From: an uncultured Trueperaceae bacterium
GTDB taxonomy: Bacteria > Deinococcota > Deinococci > Deinococcales > Trueperaceae
Direction: 5' to 3'
DNA: 64,000 nt
Assembly: GCA_963799485.1 (NCBI GenBank)
Contig: CAWCXJ010000009.1
Location: forward strand, 64,001-128,000
Shown here: positions 60,529 to 64,000 of the stretch, piece after piece
How the letters are laid out: each line of letters begins with the position of its first letter
How positions within the stretch are numbered: position 1 is the first letter of the stretch
Program-made: the position numbers and the translations under genes
The notes under the pieces: model-generated
What the model was told of the DNA's origin: nothing
The model's input: the letters and a program-made list of their open reading frames with translations, nothing else
Databases searched by the model: none

Positions 60529-62091
60529 CTAGCGCGGCCCTGCTCGCCGAACGGTATCGGACACGCTGCTATACTGTTCGAAATTGGCCTTGAACATCGC
60601 CGCGAGTTTTTGTGCCTGGGCGTCGTAAGCGTCCGGATTGCGCCAGGTGGCCCTGGGGGTGAGGAGTTCAGCCGGGACGCCGGGACAAGTGCGCGGCACC
60701 GCAAGGTTGAACACGGGATGATTGGCAAACGCAGCGCCGCTCAGCTCGCCGGAAAGCGCGGCGTGAACCATGGCGCGGGTGTGTGTTAGCGAAATCCGCT
60801 CGCCGACGCCGTAAGGCCCACCGCTCCAGCCGGTATTGACGAGCCAGACGTCGGCGCTGTGGGTACGCAGCCGTTCGCCCAGCATTTGCGCGTAAACGTT
60901 CGGGCTTCGGGGCATAAAAGGTGCGCCGAAACAGGTGCTAAAGGTCGCGCTCGGCTCGGTCACGCCGCGTTCGGTTCCGGCGATTTTTGCGGTGTAGCCG
61001 CTTAAAAAGTGGTACATCGCGCCCTCGGGAGCGAGTTTGGCGATAGGGGGCAAGACGCCGAAGGCGTCGGCGGTGAGGAAAATGACTGTGCTCGGATGCC
61101 CTGCGCGTCCGCTTTCGCTGGCGTTGGGGATAAAGTCTAAAGGATACGACGCACGCGTGTTTTGTGTTTTACGGGTATCGGCGAAGTCGACGACGCGGGT
61201 GTGCTCGTCGAAGACGACATTTTCTAAGATAGTTCCGAAACGCGCCGTCGTCCCGTAGATTTCAGGTTCGGCTTCCGCCGTCAGGTTGACGACCTTGGCG
61301 TAGCAGCCCCCCTCGAAGTTAAAAATCCCGTCCGCCGACCAGCCGTGTTCGTCGTCACCGATAAGGGTACGCTCCGGGTCGGCGGAGAGGGTCGTTTTGC
61401 CGGTACCGGAAAGGCCGAAAAAGAGTGCGCTTTGGCCGTCCGCGCCGACGTTTGCCGAACAGTGCATTGGCAGTATGCCCGCGTCCGGGAGGGTAAAGTT
61501 CAAAACTGAAAAGATGGACTTTTTAATCTCCCCGGCGTATTCGGTGCCGCCGATAAGGACCAGTTTCTCGCTAAACGACAAGGCGATCACCGTTTCGCTG
61601 TGGCTTCCGTGTCGTTCGGGAACGGCCTTAAAGCTCGGCAAACAGAGGACGGTAAAGTCGGGTTCGTGCGCCTCGTCGGTTTTATTACGGACAAACATGT
61701 TTTGGGCAAACAGACTGTGCCACGCATATTCGGTTATGACCCGAACGTTGAGGCGGTGCGCGGGGTCGGTCCCGGCGTAAAGGTCTTGGGTAAAGCCTGC
61801 GCCTTCGGCAGCGGCGAACATGTCACGTTTCAGGGTGCTGAAGTGCGCCTCTGTCATCGGCTGATTGACTGTGCCCCACGCTACTGCGTCCTCTGTCAAT
61901 ATGTCCCGGACGATAAACCTGTCTTTCGGCGAGCGCCCGGTAAAGCGCCCGGTGTCGGCGGCGAGCGCACCCCCCGCGACCAGAAACCCCTCACCGCGTG
62001 TGAGTGCCTGCTCGACGAGCGCAGCGCGGGAGGGGTTCGGCTTCGTCTGTTTGGTTTGTGAAATGGATGTGCGGGACACGGTATCGGCCAT
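60529..62091 (-). CDS. pckA: Phosphoenolpyruvate carboxykinase (ATP)
   Basis: [43 protein letters not shown] and NTRASYP motifs. Confidence 0.97.
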   Translation of the reverse strand: MADTVSRTSISQTKQTKPNPSRAALVEQALTRGEGFLVAGGALAADTGRFTGRSPKDRFIVRDILTEDAVAWGTVNQPMTEAHFSTLKRDMFAAAEGAGFTQDLYAGTDPAHRLNVRVITEYAWHSLFAQNMFVRNKTDEAHEPDFTVLCLPSFKAVPERHGSHSETVIALSFSEKLVLIGGTEYAGEIKKSIFSVLNFTLPDAGILPMHCSANVGADGQSALFFGLSGTGKTTLSADPERTLIGDDEHGWSADGIFNFEGGCYAKVVNLTAEAEPEIYGTTARFGTILENVVFDEHTRVVDFADTRKTQNTRASYPLDFIPNASESGRAGHPSTVIFLTADAFGVLPPIAKLAPEGAMYHFLSGYTAKIAGTERGVTEPSATFSTCFGAPFMPRSPNVYAQMLGERLRTHSADVWLVNTGWSGGPYGVGERISLTHTRAMVHAALSGELSGAAFANHPVFNLAVPRTCPGVPAELLTPRATWRNPDAYDAQAQKLAAMFKANFEQYSSVSDTVRRAGPR

Positions 62092-62326
62092 AAGTCACCT
62101 GCTTTTGGTTAAACGTAAGTTTAGTTGAGTTCATAGCAAGAATCACTATGCACATATACGGCTAAGGCATACAGCATAACAGAGGCGGCGCACCGGCACA
62201 TGCAGACCGTCACGCGCTCCCCGGCATAACCCAGTACAAAGCGCGGCTTGACCGGTCGGTAGGAGCGCGCAGCACTGCTCGAGCTTCGCTCTTTACGGCG
62301 CAGCACCAACGTCGCCGGTCAAACCC

Positions 62327-64000
62327 TTACCAGGTAAAACTAACCCCGAAACCGATGCTGGTATCCCGGCCCCCGGTACTCGCCGCGGTACTAGCAGTCG
62401 TATCGAGCGACGCGTCGAGGCTGATAAGGGGGGTGACGGCGTAGGAAAGCCCTAAAGAAAAGTCCGTGACCGCCGATAAAACGCTCTGTCCGTCTAAAAA
62501 GTTGACGCCCCCTGAGAAGTTGAGTTCTAAAGGTGCGGCGGTGTAGCGCAGCAAAAACTCGTTCGACAGGGCGTAGGCTTGTTCGGGATCATCAAAGCGT
62601 CCGACCTGCACGCTGGCGAAGAGGTTGTCGCTCAGATACCCTCCGACCTTGACCGACACCCCGAAGTTTTGCTGGCTGCCTTCGGCACCTAAAATGCTCG
62701 AGAAGGCGCTTGTGCGAATTTCCAACAGGTCGGCCCCGATCACGTCGTTGAGCGCTTTTTGCAGTTCGGAGACGAGCAGCAGGTCGACCGCCGTATCAAG
62801 CGCACTTTCGGCGACGGTTCCGGCGAGGCTGTCGGCGCCGACTACCGTCGTCCCGAGCTGAAGTCGCCCGAGGGTCAAGAGCGAGACGAGTTCGGCTTCG
62901 GTGAGCGCGCGCGGGCTGCTGCCGTTTTCCTGCACGAGCGCGTTACTCGAGAGTGTCGGGGAGAGGTCGAGTGCGCGCTGGCCCGCCACATCCTCGTCGA
63001 ACCCACCGGTCACCTGAAGCTGCACCTCGAAGCTCGGCCCGGGGGGTTCGACGACCTCGATCGTTTGCGCGTTGCCGCGCGCCCGCGACTTGTCGAAGCT
63101 CGCTGCGGCGTCGAGCGCGAGCGTCGGAAAAGCCCCGCGCGTCGGGTCGAAGGTCGCGACTGCCTGCACCAGCGAGAAATCTTGTCCGGAAAAACGGATC
63201 GATCCGTCCAGCGTCCGCGCCTGACCGTCTAGGCGCGGTTGTGCGGCGGTACCTGAAAGCGTCAAGTCGAGGCTTAGCTCGGCGTTTCCAAAAGCCTCGT
63301 TGAAGCGCACCTCGCGGGGAGCCTGCAAGGTCAAACTGTCGAAGCGGATACGGGCGAGTACCGGATTGGTCGGCTGGTTTACGGCGCTGCTGACCGAAAC
63401 AGCCGGGTCTGCGGTACCTGAGCTTGGCGTATACAAGTTTGGCGTACCGGGGTTTGCCGCATCGAAGCCTACGCCCAGGTCGAGCGCGTCCGCCCCGGTG
63501 CTTTCCGGATTCGGGGTAGCTACTGTAGTCAGCGACGCATCCGGGACGACCGGACTCGAGGCGGGCTCGGGGTCTTGTTGCTGTTCAGGTGTCTGCGCCG
63601 ATGTTTGAGCGGTTTGGGTGGCGGCTTGAGTGGCGTTTGCCGGAGTCGTCTCCCGGTTCGGCGACAGCTCTGCCTGACGTACAAACGCGCCGCCGGAAAG
63701 GGTAAACACGCCGTTTCTGGCGCTCAGCGCGAGGTCGACGTCGGTGCTGCTCGAGGCGACGAAAAGCGGCCGCGCCTGAATATCGAGCGCTTCCCCGGTG
63801 ATGTCAAGCTCGAGGGGTGCGAGGCTGCCCGACACCTGAAACGGTTGTCCGAGCGTTCCGCTGCTGTCGAGCCGCCAGCCCGCGTCCGAGGGATAAATAC
63901 GGCCCTGAATCGCCGACACGCGGCCGAGCGTCGGGACGGTTGCCGCGCCGTTAAAACGCAGGGCGAGCCCGGAGGTCGCAAAGGGCGTGAGGCTGACCTG
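62327..64000 (-). CDS. tamB: TamB/DUF490-like protein, C-terminal part (5' end outside window)
   Basis: Beta-rich L.L.GT..QP.L.G segment, LSS..L...E..SLL.LG and amphipathic C-terminal strands ending in W. Frame is open to base 64000. Confidence 0.7.
   Translation of the reverse strand, partial: QVSLTPFATSGLALRFNGAATVPTLGRVSAIQGRIYPSDAGWRLDSSGTLGQPFQVSGSLAPLELDITGEALDIQARPLFVASSSTDVDLALSARNGVFTLSGGAFVRQAELSPNRETTPANATQAATQTAQTSAQTPEQQQDPEPASSPVVPDASLTTVATPNPESTGADALDLGVGFDAANPGTPNLYTPSSGTADPAVSVSSAVNQPTNPVLARIRFDSLTLQAPREVRFNEAFGNAELSLDLTLSGTAAQPRLDGQARTLDGSIRFSGQDFSLVQAVATFDPTRGAFPTLALDAAASFDKSRARGNAQTIEVVEPPGPSFEVQLQVTGGFDEDVAGQRALDLSPTLSSNALVQENGSSPRALTEAELVSLLTLGRLQLGTTVVGADSLAGTVAESALDTAVDLLLVSELQKALNDVIGADLLEIRTSAFSSILGAEGSQQNFGVSVKVGGYLSDNLFASVQVGRFDDPEQAYALSNEFLLRYTAAPLELNFSGGVNFLDGQSVLSAVTDFSLGLSYAVTPLISLDASLDTTASTAASTGGRDTSIGFGVSFTW

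Noticed and set aside
63370..63660. Low-complexity T/Q/P-rich stretch in TamB (also in the Wzz-like protein)
   Set aside because: Most likely disordered linker expansion; no intein or mobile-element hallmarks were seen.

Overview
This is a GC-rich bacterial chromosomal window. It most resembles Deinococcota of the Truepera type, an inference from the protein families, the MoaD-MoaE fusion and pervasive leaderless -10/start-codon architecture. Bases 1-18.7 kb hold a surface-glycan locus: Wzz-like (partial), ugd, GT2, two GT4, gmd/rmd (GDP-D-rhamnose), rfbADCB (dTDP-L-rhamnose), uppS and a cytidylyltransferase. The locus also has three O-antigen-ligase/Wzy-family membrane proteins, one fused in a single 1055-aa ORF to the initiating transferase WbaP. 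Bases 18.8-25 kb are housekeeping (amidase, PA14 lipoprotein, moaD-moaE, hrcA, M20 hydrolase, EVE, YitT). Bases 25-35 kb are an accessory region with IS1, IS3 and IS4 remnants, an exported redox/metal-type cluster, an OmpR-type two-component system and pseudogenes (Phd antitoxin, GH1). Bases 35-64 kb carry a sulfotransferase, DAHP synthase, a TPR protein, ffh, an ion channel, dps, a HAD hydrolase, an M16 pair, a NarL-type two-component system with likely targets, an ABC exporter, sdhCDAB, pckA and partial tamB. The top observations are: (1) 22-42 nt hairpin insertions, mostly in-frame, three of them present in some IS1 copies and absent from others, which look like very small mobile elements; (2) an unannotated Phe/Tyr/Trp leader peptide with a complete attenuator upstream of DAHP synthase; (3) the ligase-WbaP fusion; (4) strong over-representation of CTCGAG. 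All alignments and counts were done by eye, and no database searches were run.
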